A stretch of 64,000 bases of DNA from Gemmatimonadaceae bacterium (GTDB taxonomy: Bacteria; Gemmatimonadota; Gemmatimonadetes; Gemmatimonadales; Gemmatimonadaceae). The position numbers were made by a program, and so were the translations under genes. Below the pieces are notes generated by a model. That model worked only from the letters and a program-made list of their open reading frames with translations, searched no databases and had not been told where the DNA came from. The stretch lies in contig JBJMOW010000005.1 of NCBI GenBank assembly GCA_045803545.1, forward strand, positions 800,001-864,000, given 5' to 3'. Below are positions 27,434-36,434 of this stretch, piece after piece; the first letter of the stretch is position 1; every line of letters starts with the position of its first letter.

Positions 27434-28077
27434 TGTCTGAACCGGGTGAGCGCTCCGAGAAGGAGGCGCTGATCATCCGGAACCTCGAGTTCCTCGGCGG
27501 GATGTCGGAAAGAGGTGGCTGGCGCCCGCCGTCGGATCTTCCGGAGATCGCATTCGCGGGCCGTTCGAACGTCGGAAAATCATCGCTGCTCAACACGCTG
27601 GTGCGTCGCAAATCATTCGCTCGCGTGAGTCGCACGCCTGGTCGAACCCGAGAGATCAACTTTTTTCGGGTCAACAACGGATTCCTGCTGGTTGATCTGC
27701 CCGGTTATGGGTATGCCCGCATCTCGAAAGAAAAGAAATCCGAGTGGAGACCATTGATCGCAGCGTACCTGAAGCGAACCAGTCAGCTTCGGGGTATTGT
27801 TCTGCTGCTGGACATTCGCCGTGAGCCGACCGATGATGATCGGGCGATGCTCGACTTTCTGGCAGAGGTGGAGGTGCCAACGATCGTGGCGTTGACAAAG
27901 ACCGACAAGTTGAGCAAAGCCGCGGCAGACGCGCGGGCAGCCGAGATTTCACAAGCGCTGGCTCTCGACGCCGATCAGGTGATTCCATTCAGCGCGGTGA
28001 CAGGAGCGGGCCGCGTCGAGCTCCTCGAAGCAATTGTGCAGCTCGTAGAGTCTCCGGGGAGCGTGAACAGTGATTGA
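27433..28077 (+). CDS. engB: ribosome biogenesis GTP-binding protein YihA/YsxC
   Basis: GRSNVGKSS, PGRT, DLPGYG, TKTDK. Confidence 0.95.
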   Translation: MSEPGERSEKEALIIRNLEFLGGMSERGGWRPPSDLPEIAFAGRSNVGKSSLLNTLVRRKSFARVSRTPGRTREINFFRVNNGFLLVDLPGYGYARISKEKKSEWRPLIAAYLKRTSQLRGIVLLLDIRREPTDDDRAMLDFLAEVEVPTIVALTKTDKLSKAAADARAAEISQALALDADQVIPFSAVTGAGRVELLEAIVQLVESPGSVNSD

Positions 28078-28726
28078 GCGATGGCGTTTAGCCCTGGGTC
28101 TCTTACTCGGGTGTGCCATTGCTGCATGCGCCGGCGGCACGCAGTCCGCGGCCGGGCAATCGCAGACACTGACGCCAATAACCGACGACACCACTGGGAG
28201 AGCCAGTGTCCCAGTTGGCTACGGCACGCTGCGTCAGGACGATATCGCGATTCGCATGGAGCTGCCGGGACTCATCGTCCGAGCCATTCCACTTGAAGAG
28301 AATCTCATTCGGCTGCTGACTCCCGATTCATATCGCGCGCTGCGCGAGCTTCAGGAGAGCAACAAGCAGTCGATTGCGGCGGTGACGCGTCGAACTGGCG
28401 GCAGGTCGCCCGATTTGTGGTATGTGTCCTTTTATGGTGTGCAACCGGACGTGCATTTCAGTCCGATGGAGCTGGTCATCACGAGCAGCGGGCGCGACTT
28501 CCGACCGCTCGAAGTGATTCCGCTCAGCTCCGGTTTCGGCGAGCAGAGATTGAAACAGCGCGAGGCGCAGAGCGCGATTTATTTGTTCGACGAGGCGATC
28601 GATCTCGATCAGCCGCTCAGCGTAGTGTTTCAGAACATTCGCGACGACAGCTGGGAACAGATACTTACTCGTGTCGAGCGCGAACGCGCACTAGTGCGTG
28701 CCCGCGCATCGCACCCGAGTCAATAG
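28070..28726 (+). CDS. hypothetical lipoprotein
   Basis: Signal peptide with IAAC lipobox; overlaps the engB stop. Confidence 0.7.
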   Translation: MIERWRLALGLLLGCAIAACAGGTQSAAGQSQTLTPITDDTTGRASVPVGYGTLRQDDIAIRMELPGLIVRAIPLEENLIRLLTPDSYRALRELQESNKQSIAAVTRRTGGRSPDLWYVSFYGVQPDVHFSPMELVITSSGRDFRPLEVIPLSSGFGEQRLKQREAQSAIYLFDEAIDLDQPLSVVFQNIRDDSWEQILTRVERERALVRARASHPSQ

Positions 28727-28762
28727 CTGGTTTTTCGCCGCCGCGACACCCAACTTTCCGTC

Positions 28763-29590
28763 ATGGCGATCTACCCTCTACGCAAACTTCCGGCGCTTCC
28801 CTGCTCCGGGCTGGCGAATGAGTGGCTGGACAAGATCGACGCCGAGCTCACGGCAGGAGCGGATCGCGCGCTATTGTGCAGACAGACACTCTGCGAGATC
28901 AGTTATCCGGAGTTTGTCGGTAACTGGGAAACCGCGGTCGAAGACAAGAAGCTTTCGACTGCCACGCGACTCGCGCTGACGGCGCTCGACCCGCGCAACG
29001 TCACTCTCGAGCCCGAATATTACGCTGAGGTCGACGACGCGAAGTTTGCGAAGGTGAAGCCGCTGCTGTGGCTCTGGTACTCGTTCGATCGCACAGTACT
29101 GGGCGGCCAGAACGTCGAGCTTGGAGTGCGCCTGAGACGCGTTCTCGCCCCGCACATCTTCAAAAAGTGCGGCGAGAATTTCAAGGCGTTTCAGTTCGTC
29201 GAGTTTTCCTTCGGTTACAACCTGGAGGTCGGCGACAATGTGGTCGTGCACCGGTACGTGCTGCTCGACGATCGTGGCGGAATCAGGCTGGGCAACAGCG
29301 TCTCGATCAGTGATTTCGCGAACGTCTATAGTCACACCCACAGCATTGTCGATCAGCGCGACGTCACCGACGCGCAGACCCTGATCGACGACGGAGTGCG
29401 GATCACCTATCACGCGACGGTGTTGGCTGGCGTTCATGTCCACGAGCAGGCGATGGTGGGTGCGATGGCGGTAGCAACGAAAGACGTGCGACCCTATCAC
29501 GTGTACGTCGGCATTCCCGCCAAGAGTGTGCGGATCAAGCCGAACGCACCACCGGGGCTCGATCCCGTTACTACGGTCAAGCCCAGATAA
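28763..29590 (+). CDS. hexapeptide-repeat (left-handed beta-helix) acyltransferase
   Basis: LEVGDNVVV, IRLGNSVSI, LIDDGVRI, VGAMAVATKDV...GIPAK. Confidence 0.85.
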   Translation: MAIYPLRKLPALPCSGLANEWLDKIDAELTAGADRALLCRQTLCEISYPEFVGNWETAVEDKKLSTATRLALTALDPRNVTLEPEYYAEVDDAKFAKVKPLLWLWYSFDRTVLGGQNVELGVRLRRVLAPHIFKKCGENFKAFQFVEFSFGYNLEVGDNVVVHRYVLLDDRGGIRLGNSVSISDFANVYSHTHSIVDQRDVTDAQTLIDDGVRITYHATVLAGVHVHEQAMVGAMAVATKDVRPYHVYVGIPAKSVRIKPNAPPGLDPVTTVKPR

Positions 29591-29619
29591 GGAATCGGGC
29601 TGCCGAAAGCTCGCTGACG

Positions 29620-31758
29620 CTATTTAATCCGAAGGACGTCCTCGGCCGGTCCCGCATCGCCCGTCTTGAGCAAATGGTGGGCATCGCGAAGTGCGTGGGC
29701 TTCTCGCGGCCAGGTGAAGCGCTCGCAGGCGCGCTCGAGAGTCAGCCACTCGAAACGTTGATGCTCGTCGCTGAGCTCGACGTCTGCATCAGCAGCGACG
29801 AAGGCGGCGAAGGTAAGACACATCTGAATGGTGTTCGAAGCGTGCAGGTAGAAGCTGCTGACGGTAACGTTGTACAATGACTCGGCTTTGAGCCCGGTTT
29901 CTTCTTTGAGCTCGCGGACTACAGCTTTTTCCGGCTTCTCACGGGCGTCGACTTTTCCGTAGACGGTTTCCCAGGAATTCGGTCGCTTGCCATCGGCGGC
30001 CCGCTGCAGTACAAGCACCCGCCAGTCGCCACCGTTGTGCTTGATCACGAACAGCTCGACGACGCCCGGTTTGATCTTGGTCATTCCTTCCTCACGACTG
30101 CGCTCGTAAACCATCCCTCCAGGCGAATTATATGATGCCGATGGCGTCGAAGGCGTCGAGCGTGATGTCTCGGGTTCGATCACACGTACCAGCTCTTCAG
30201 CACTGGTGTTGCCGGCAAGGAGCTGAGCGCAGCCACATACCCATAGCGAACGGGTACCCGATTGGCGCGCGGCTGAGAGCAGTCGCTCCGGCGGCTCATT
30301 GCCTGCGATCGCGCGCTCGATTTCGGGTGTAGTGACCAGCACTTCGGTCACGGCAACTCGTCCCGCATATCCCGTCATCGAGCATTCGGCGCAACCAATT
30401 GGAATGTAGATCATTGACGTTTGCGGAATCGCGCCGAGCAGGCGACGGGGTACGCCGGCATTTGCCACCAGCTTGCACGCAGGACAGAGCCGACGAATGA
30501 GACGTTGCGCGACGACACCCTTGAGCGCTCCGGCGAGCTTGACCGAATCGACCCCGAGGTCGGTGAGGCGAATGATCGAGCTGCAGGCATCGTTGGTGTG
30601 AAGGGTCGCGAAGACGAGGTGACCGGTGAGCGACGCCTGAATTGCGATGGCTGCGGTCTCACGATCGCGAATCTCGCCGATGAGGACCACGTCGGGATCC
30701 TGTCTCAACACGGATCGCAGCGCCGACGCGAAGGTAAGGCCCGCTTTCTCGTGGATCTGCACCTGAACGATACCGGGAATCCGGTACTCGACCGGATCTT
30801 CAACGGTGATAATGTTGACGCCGCGGTGCAGCAGCAGCCGCAGCGCAGCATAGAGCGTCGTCGTTTTGCCAGAGCCGGTCGGCCCCGTCACGAGGATCAG
30901 TCCCTCGCGGACATCCAGCAGCTTCTGCATGCGCGGGCCGTCGACCGGATCGAGACCGAGCGATTCGACCGAGCGGACCGCGGCGCGGGAATCCAGAATA
31001 CGGATCACGACTTTCTCGCCGTGTGACGCCGGCAGTGTGGAGACCCGTAGGTCGACCCGTGCGCCATTGATCGAGACCCGCGCGCGTCCTCCCTGTGGCC
31101 TCAGCCGGTCGGCGATGTCCATTCCCGACATGATCTTGATTCGCGAAACCAATGGAATGCCGACTGCCTTCGGCAAAACCATCACTTCCTTGAGCATCCC
31201 GTCGATGCGATATCGTACCGCGATTCCATGCTCGCCCGCCTCGAGATGGATGTCGCTTGCCCCGGCGGCAATGCCCTCCGCAACGATGTGATCGACCAGC
31301 TTGATGACGGGCCGCTCGGCCTGCTGGTCGTCGAGCGACGGGTCGGCTGCCAGCTCCGCCTTTTCGGTGACTGGCTGTGGCCCTTCCGTCGACGTCTTGT
31401 CGACAAGCTTGCCGATCGGATCGAGTGGCGCGTACACCTCTTCGATTCTATCGGCGATGCGCTGCGGCGCTGAAAGGAGCATGCGGATTTTCCTGCCGGT
31501 CGCAAATGCCAGAGTCTTCTCGCAGTCAATGTCGAAGGGGTTCGACGTTGCGACATCGAGGACGGAATCTGAGATGGCGAGCGGAAGAATCGCGAAGCGT
31601 CGGGCGAAGCGCTCGGGAACGCTGTCACGTGCCTCGGCGCTCACAACGAGACTGTGCGCGATCGTCGTTTCGCTCTGAGCGGCGAGGACCTCGAGGATTT
31701 GTTCTTCAGATCCAAGTCCGGACTTGGAAACGTCATCCCAGGTCAGCAGTGCGGTCAT
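29620..31758 (-). CDS. GspE/PilB family secretion ATPase in frame with a C-terminal NUDIX hydrolase domain
   Basis: ASDIHLE, GPTGSGKTTT, TVEDPVE, LRQDPDVVLIGEIRD, TGHLVFATLH, CxxC pairs; then Nudix box GKVDAREKPEKAVVRELKEETGL. Confidence 0.88.
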   Translation of the reverse strand: MTALLTWDDVSKSGLGSEEQILEVLAAQSETTIAHSLVVSAEARDSVPERFARRFAILPLAISDSVLDVATSNPFDIDCEKTLAFATGRKIRMLLSAPQRIADRIEEVYAPLDPIGKLVDKTSTEGPQPVTEKAELAADPSLDDQQAERPVIKLVDHIVAEGIAAGASDIHLEAGEHGIAVRYRIDGMLKEVMVLPKAVGIPLVSRIKIMSGMDIADRLRPQGGRARVSINGARVDLRVSTLPASHGEKVVIRILDSRAAVRSVESLGLDPVDGPRMQKLLDVREGLILVTGPTGSGKTTTLYAALRLLLHRGVNIITVEDPVEYRIPGIVQVQIHEKAGLTFASALRSVLRQDPDVVLIGEIRDRETAAIAIQASLTGHLVFATLHTNDACSSIIRLTDLGVDSVKLAGALKGVVAQRLIRRLCPACKLVANAGVPRRLLGAIPQTSMIYIPIGCAECSMTGYAGRVAVTEVLVTTPEIERAIAGNEPPERLLSAARQSGTRSLWVCGCAQLLAGNTSAEELVRVIEPETSRSTPSTPSASYNSPGGMVYERSREEGMTKIKPGVVELFVIKHNGGDWRVLVLQRAADGKRPNSWETVYGKVDAREKPEKAVVRELKEETGLKAESLYNVTVSSFYLHASNTIQMCLTFAAFVAADADVELSDEHQRFEWLTLERACERFTWPREAHALRDAHHLLKTGDAGPAEDVLRIK

Positions 31759-31861
31759 CGGGTCAACCTAAGAAAACCAACGCAGCTGACCATACACGAA
31801 TCATCGACGGTGACATCGTCGGCGCGCGGTGACTCGGACCAGCGAGACCTCGTCAACTGAT

Positions 31862-34519
31862 ATGCGTCTATACCTCCTAACCGTTCTCGCCCTCGTCGCC
31901 GCTCAGACAGCGGCTGGTCAGCAAACTTGCCGTTCGCTCCCCGCCGCGCGCGGTGCAATCGACCGTGGCTGGACAGCGTACCGTGCTAACGACATGACCG
32001 TGGCCGAGGGTGAGTTCAAGCAGGCGCTGAGTCTATGCCCGAACGAACCGGGTGCGCTGACAGGAGCGGGTTATGTCGCAATGCGTCAGGGTCGGCTGCC
32101 CGACGCGCGGGCTCTCTTTGCCAAGGCCATGGCGCGTGACTCCGGCTCTTATGACGCGGTAGCCGGTTCAGGCATGGCGGCGTATCGCGCCGGCGACAAG
32201 AAAGCAGCACAGTCACGTTTTGAGCGTCTGCTCCGGATCGCGCCCAACGATTCGACAGCTCGCGACTACCTGACGCGGCTCGGCGCGATCTCGAGCGAGG
32301 TAGTGCTTTCCAACCGCGCACGACCGGCTGTGATGACGATGCCCGCGAGGACCGGGCGAAGGATCATCGAGGTGCGAAGCGCCAACGGCCAATGGATGCC
32401 GACCTGGATCAAAGCGGTTAACCTCGGCGCCGCTCTGCCTGGCAAGTTCGCGTCGGAGTTTCCGCCGAATGACAGCACGTACGAGAAATGGATCGCTTTA
32501 ATCGCGCAGATGGGAGCGAACACCGTGCGCGTCTACACGATCCACCCGCCGCACTTCTATGCGGCGCTGAGAACATGGAATCTGGCGCACCCCAATCATC
32601 CACTGTGGCTGATTCACGGAGTATGGACCGAGCCGCCACCCGGCAAATACGAGGAGAAGTACGACGATCCTCAGTGGCTGAACCAGTTCCAGCGCGAGAT
32701 GCAGCACGTTGTCGCGCTGGTACACGGGGACGTAGCGATACCGGCGCTACCCGGGCATGCGAGCGGCAACTACAACGCCGACGTGTCGCAGTGGACAACC
32801 GGATATATCGTCGGACGCGAATGGGAACCGTATTCCGTGGTCGGATACAACAAGCTGCATCCGCGCAACACGAGTTATGTGGGCAAGTACATCACGATCG
32901 CTGGGAGCAATCCGCTGGAATCGTGGCTGGCGCAGCAGTGTGATTTCATCATCTCGTTCGAGATGGATCGTTACAACGCGCAGCGACCGATTGCCTACTC
33001 GAACTGGCCAACCCTGGATCCGCTTGATCATCCCACAGAAACCGGCAAAGCGCAGGAGATCGCGCTACTCAAAGCGCGCGGCGAAAAGATCGTCGAGATG
33101 CCGAAAGAGTACGACAACGATGCCGTTGGTCTGGACGCAGTGAAAATGCGAGCGACCTCGTTGTTCAACGCCGGCATTTTCGCTTCGTATCATGCGTATC
33201 CGTACTATCCGGAGTTCATGGTCGTAGATCCGGGATATCTGACAGCGCGCTCTCCGGAAGGCGCGAGCAACTACTTCGGATATTTGCGAGGGTTGGTATC
33301 GCACTACGGGGACATGCCCGTGGTGATCAGCGAATACGGCGTGCCTTCATCCCGTGGCAGCGCACACGTGCAGCCGCAGGGTTGGAACCATGGTGGATTG
33401 TCGGAGGCAGATCAGGCGCGCATCGACGCGCGACTGACTCGCGACATCTACGCTTCGGGCGCGGCGGGTGCGGGGCTGTTCTCGCTGATCGACGAATGGT
33501 TCAAGAAGAATTGGGTGGTCAGCGAGTTCGAACAGCCCTCGGATCGCAAGCGGATGTGGCTCAATACTCTCGACGCTGAGGAGAACTACGGCGTAGTCGC
33601 GATGCGCGCCGGCGCGCTGGGTGCGGCGCCGGTCATCGACGGCGACACCAGTGATTGGCGTGGGCGTCCGGCGTTGTATTCAGCGCAGAGCGCGCGCAAA
33701 CCGACCGACCCATTGCGACTGAAAGCCCTGCGGGTCGCGTATGACGAAGCCTATGTGTACCTGCGATTGGACGTCGGTAAGATCGACTGGAGCCGCGCGC
33801 ATTACCAGATCGGCGTTGACACTTATCAGCACCAGCTCGGCGACACGCGGCTACCGAACACCGGTTCGAAGTCGCCCGTTGGCGTCGAGTTCGTGATCGA
33901 CCTCGGCGGTCCGAATGCCAGCCAGGTACTTATCGATCATCCGTACAACCTCTCCAAGCCGATGCTGATTCCGGGTAGCAAGCCGATGGCGATTCAATAC
34001 GTGAACAATGCGCCATTCAAAACCGTCGGCAACGACGCTGGCAAGTGGGACTCGCTGGTGGTAGTGACGAATCGCAGACGCATCAGCCGCGACGGAAAAA
34101 TTTTTCCATCGATCAGCTACAATCGAAATCGACTGCTTTATGCGAAGCAGTCAGAGACGACGCTCGCCGACTGGTACACGAACGACGCGACCGGAGTGAT
34201 CGAGATACGCGTACCGTGGGGAATACTGCAGGTGACGGATCCATCATCCCGTAGCGTGCTGTTCGGGATGGCCGACTCCGTAACTCCTGCCACCGCGGTC
34301 ACGGATGGATTTCGGTTCCTAGTGGAGAGCTATGATCCATCAAATCGTGGAACGACGGGCGATCAAATGCCGCGTGGCGGCAGCACCGGAACGTTCGCCA
34401 ATCCGAGTACCTGGACCTGGCCGATCTGGGAAACGCCGCACTGGCACTCCGAGATCAAACCGCTGTTCGGCGCGATGCAGCAGACATTCGGGCAGATACC
34501 CGAACATCCTCAGCGCTGA
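31862..34519 (+). CDS. secreted TPR protein with glycoside-hydrolase-like TIM-barrel domain
   Basis: Signal peptide, TPRs, then AVNLGAALPG, GANTVRVYTIHPP, GREWEP, YHAYPYYP, VISEYGVP (clan GH-A-like acid/base and nucleophile pattern). Confidence 0.75.
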   Translation: MRLYLLTVLALVAAQTAAGQQTCRSLPAARGAIDRGWTAYRANDMTVAEGEFKQALSLCPNEPGALTGAGYVAMRQGRLPDARALFAKAMARDSGSYDAVAGSGMAAYRAGDKKAAQSRFERLLRIAPNDSTARDYLTRLGAISSEVVLSNRARPAVMTMPARTGRRIIEVRSANGQWMPTWIKAVNLGAALPGKFASEFPPNDSTYEKWIALIAQMGANTVRVYTIHPPHFYAALRTWNLAHPNHPLWLIHGVWTEPPPGKYEEKYDDPQWLNQFQREMQHVVALVHGDVAIPALPGHASGNYNADVSQWTTGYIVGREWEPYSVVGYNKLHPRNTSYVGKYITIAGSNPLESWLAQQCDFIISFEMDRYNAQRPIAYSNWPTLDPLDHPTETGKAQEIALLKARGEKIVEMPKEYDNDAVGLDAVKMRATSLFNAGIFASYHAYPYYPEFMVVDPGYLTARSPEGASNYFGYLRGLVSHYGDMPVVISEYGVPSSRGSAHVQPQGWNHGGLSEADQARIDARLTRDIYASGAAGAGLFSLIDEWFKKNWVVSEFEQPSDRKRMWLNTLDAEENYGVVAMRAGALGAAPVIDGDTSDWRGRPALYSAQSARKPTDPLRLKALRVAYDEAYVYLRLDVGKIDWSRAHYQIGVDTYQHQLGDTRLPNTGSKSPVGVEFVIDLGGPNASQVLIDHPYNLSKPMLIPGSKPMAIQYVNNAPFKTVGNDAGKWDSLVVVTNRRRISRDGKIFPSISYNRNRLLYAKQSETTLADWYTNDATGVIEIRVPWGILQVTDPSSRSVLFGMADSVTPATAVTDGFRFLVESYDPSNRGTTGDQMPRGGSTGTFANPSTWTWPIWETPHWHSEIKPLFGAMQQTFGQIPEHPQR

Positions 34520-34534
34520 GCCAACTCGAGGCGG

Positions 34535-36316
34535 TTAGAAACCCAGCCGCGCGCGGAGTGAGAATGTGTACCAGTGGTACTCGCTGCCGGTCGTCTGGGT
34601 CGGACCGGCGACGTTTGCGTACAAGCCCGACGCGCTGATTTCGCGCGCGGGATCGAAGCGATAGCCCAGGGATAGGGCGCCGCGCTCCGTCGTTCGGGTT
34701 GTCGCGCTCGACCCGAAGAACTCGATCCTTTGGCTCCCGAGCGCTGCTTCCGCATCGGAGAACCAACCCAGGTTCGCCCCCACGTGCCCGCGGGTACTGA
34801 GCTCGCCGAGGGTATAGCTGCGTGGCGCGAAATAGCCGTCGGTCGTTGTCGTGTCGTAGCCGAAGCGGCGTCCGCCGATGGCCACGCTCCAGTTGCGGCT
34901 CTGGTTCCAGCGCAACGCGCCATTGAAAGCGGCTCGTGAGTTATCGCGGCTGCCACCGGTGAGGCGGGCGTACGACCCCGCTCCCGAGAGGGTGAGGCGA
35001 GCGGGAAGCGCGATCGCCGCTTCACCGCCGTATTCCGAGATCACCACGTTGTTGGCGATGAGCAGCGCGGTTTCGTCAAACGGTGCGCGCACTACGCTCG
35101 CCCCGAGGGTGAGATCGCGTCCTACCTTCCCTGAGATTCCTCCGCCCGCGCTCCAAAGCGTCTTCTTCGGTGGCGTAATAAAAGTCGAGGAGTGCGACGT
35201 GACTCCGCCTTCTGCGCGCAATTGCCAGGATGTCCCAATCGGCTGCCAACGCCCAAAGAGGTTGAAAGCATCGGCACGAGAGTCGATCGCCGCAAAATTC
35301 GCGTGGCGATCGGTGAACCGCGCGCCAACCAATCCTTCCCACCAGGCTCTGCTCGCATACTCTGCCGACAGAATCGTCGAGCGATTGTTGTCGCTGTCGT
35401 TGATACCTGTACCGCTCAGACTAACGCTCGGCCGCAGATCCGCCTGCACCCAGCGCATCAAGGCACGTGCATCACCGTAGCTCGGATTCGAGCGTAGCGC
35501 TTGTTGCAGCGTTGATTCCGCGTCCGTCTGCCGCCCTTCCCAACTCAGCACTTGAGCGAGGCCCGTGAGAGCTTCCGGATCGTTCGGATCGGTCTGGAGC
35601 ACGCGACGCCAGGTGGCCTCGCTGCGTTCCAGGTCTCCTCTCCAACCAATCACACGAGCGAGGCCTTTGGTTGCCGCCGCATTCCCGGTGCGGGACAACT
35701 CTCCGTAGCGCGCTTCCGCCTCGTCGAGCTGCCCATTCCAGGCGAGCGTGCGGGCGTACGCGATCGCAGCGTCGCGATCCGTCGGGTTGTCGCGCAACCA
35801 CGCACGATATGCGTCAAGGGATTCCCTGGTTCGACCGGCCCACGCCAGCGTCTGCGCGCGATCGACATTGGCGTCGCGAACACGTTTGCGGGCGGCGATC
35901 AGGCCGTCATAGATGGCGATCGCCGAATCATAGTGAGCGCCCCAGGCAAGGGTTCGTGCTAGCGCGAGGCTGCCCTCCGCGTCGGCCGGCTCCTGTCGGA
36001 TGTACTGCCGATACAAGGCAACCGCTTCGTCCAGTCTGTTGTCCCACGAGCGCAGGGTTGCGAGTCGGAAAACTGCAATCGAAGCAGGCGGATTGTCATG
36101 CGTGACTACCCACTGGTAAAGATCTGCAGCCATCGAGTACGAACCTGCTCGATACGCACTCTCGGCGCGGGCCAGTGCGACCCTTCCCTGGCCGGGCTGC
36201 AATGAGCCGGTGTAAGGAGAAAGCGTCGAGTTGACCGGAGCCTGTTGCGCCGTAGCACAAGCAGCTAGAACAGCGATGGTGAGTGGTGCAAGGCGAAAGC
36301 TGATTATTGTACGCAT
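34535..36316 (-). CDS. TPR lipoprotein with C-terminal outer-membrane beta-barrel (PgaA/YaiO-like architecture)
   Basis: LAAC lipobox, repeated LARTLAW.G TPRs, alternating beta-strand C-terminal half with GYFAP and terminal Phe. Confidence 0.7.
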   Translation of the reverse strand: MRTIISFRLAPLTIAVLAACATAQQAPVNSTLSPYTGSLQPGQGRVALARAESAYRAGSYSMAADLYQWVVTHDNPPASIAVFRLATLRSWDNRLDEAVALYRQYIRQEPADAEGSLALARTLAWGAHYDSAIAIYDGLIAARKRVRDANVDRAQTLAWAGRTRESLDAYRAWLRDNPTDRDAAIAYARTLAWNGQLDEAEARYGELSRTGNAAATKGLARVIGWRGDLERSEATWRRVLQTDPNDPEALTGLAQVLSWEGRQTDAESTLQQALRSNPSYGDARALMRWVQADLRPSVSLSGTGINDSDNNRSTILSAEYASRAWWEGLVGARFTDRHANFAAIDSRADAFNLFGRWQPIGTSWQLRAEGGVTSHSSTFITPPKKTLWSAGGGISGKVGRDLTLGASVVRAPFDETALLIANNVVISEYGGEAAIALPARLTLSGAGSYARLTGGSRDNSRAAFNGALRWNQSRNWSVAIGGRRFGYDTTTTDGYFAPRSYTLGELSTRGHVGANLGWFSDAEAALGSQRIEFFGSSATTRTTERGALSLGYRFDPAREISASGLYANVAGPTQTTGSEYHWYTFSLRARLGF

Positions 36317-36434
36317 GACTGCAGGGGCTATTTGTCGGGGGACTCGAACACCGGGAAGTACCGGGGATTGTCCCTATGAACAGACGAAATAGCGGGCGTT
36401 GTATAACGCTTTGGCCACCCGGGCCTTTGGCCGG

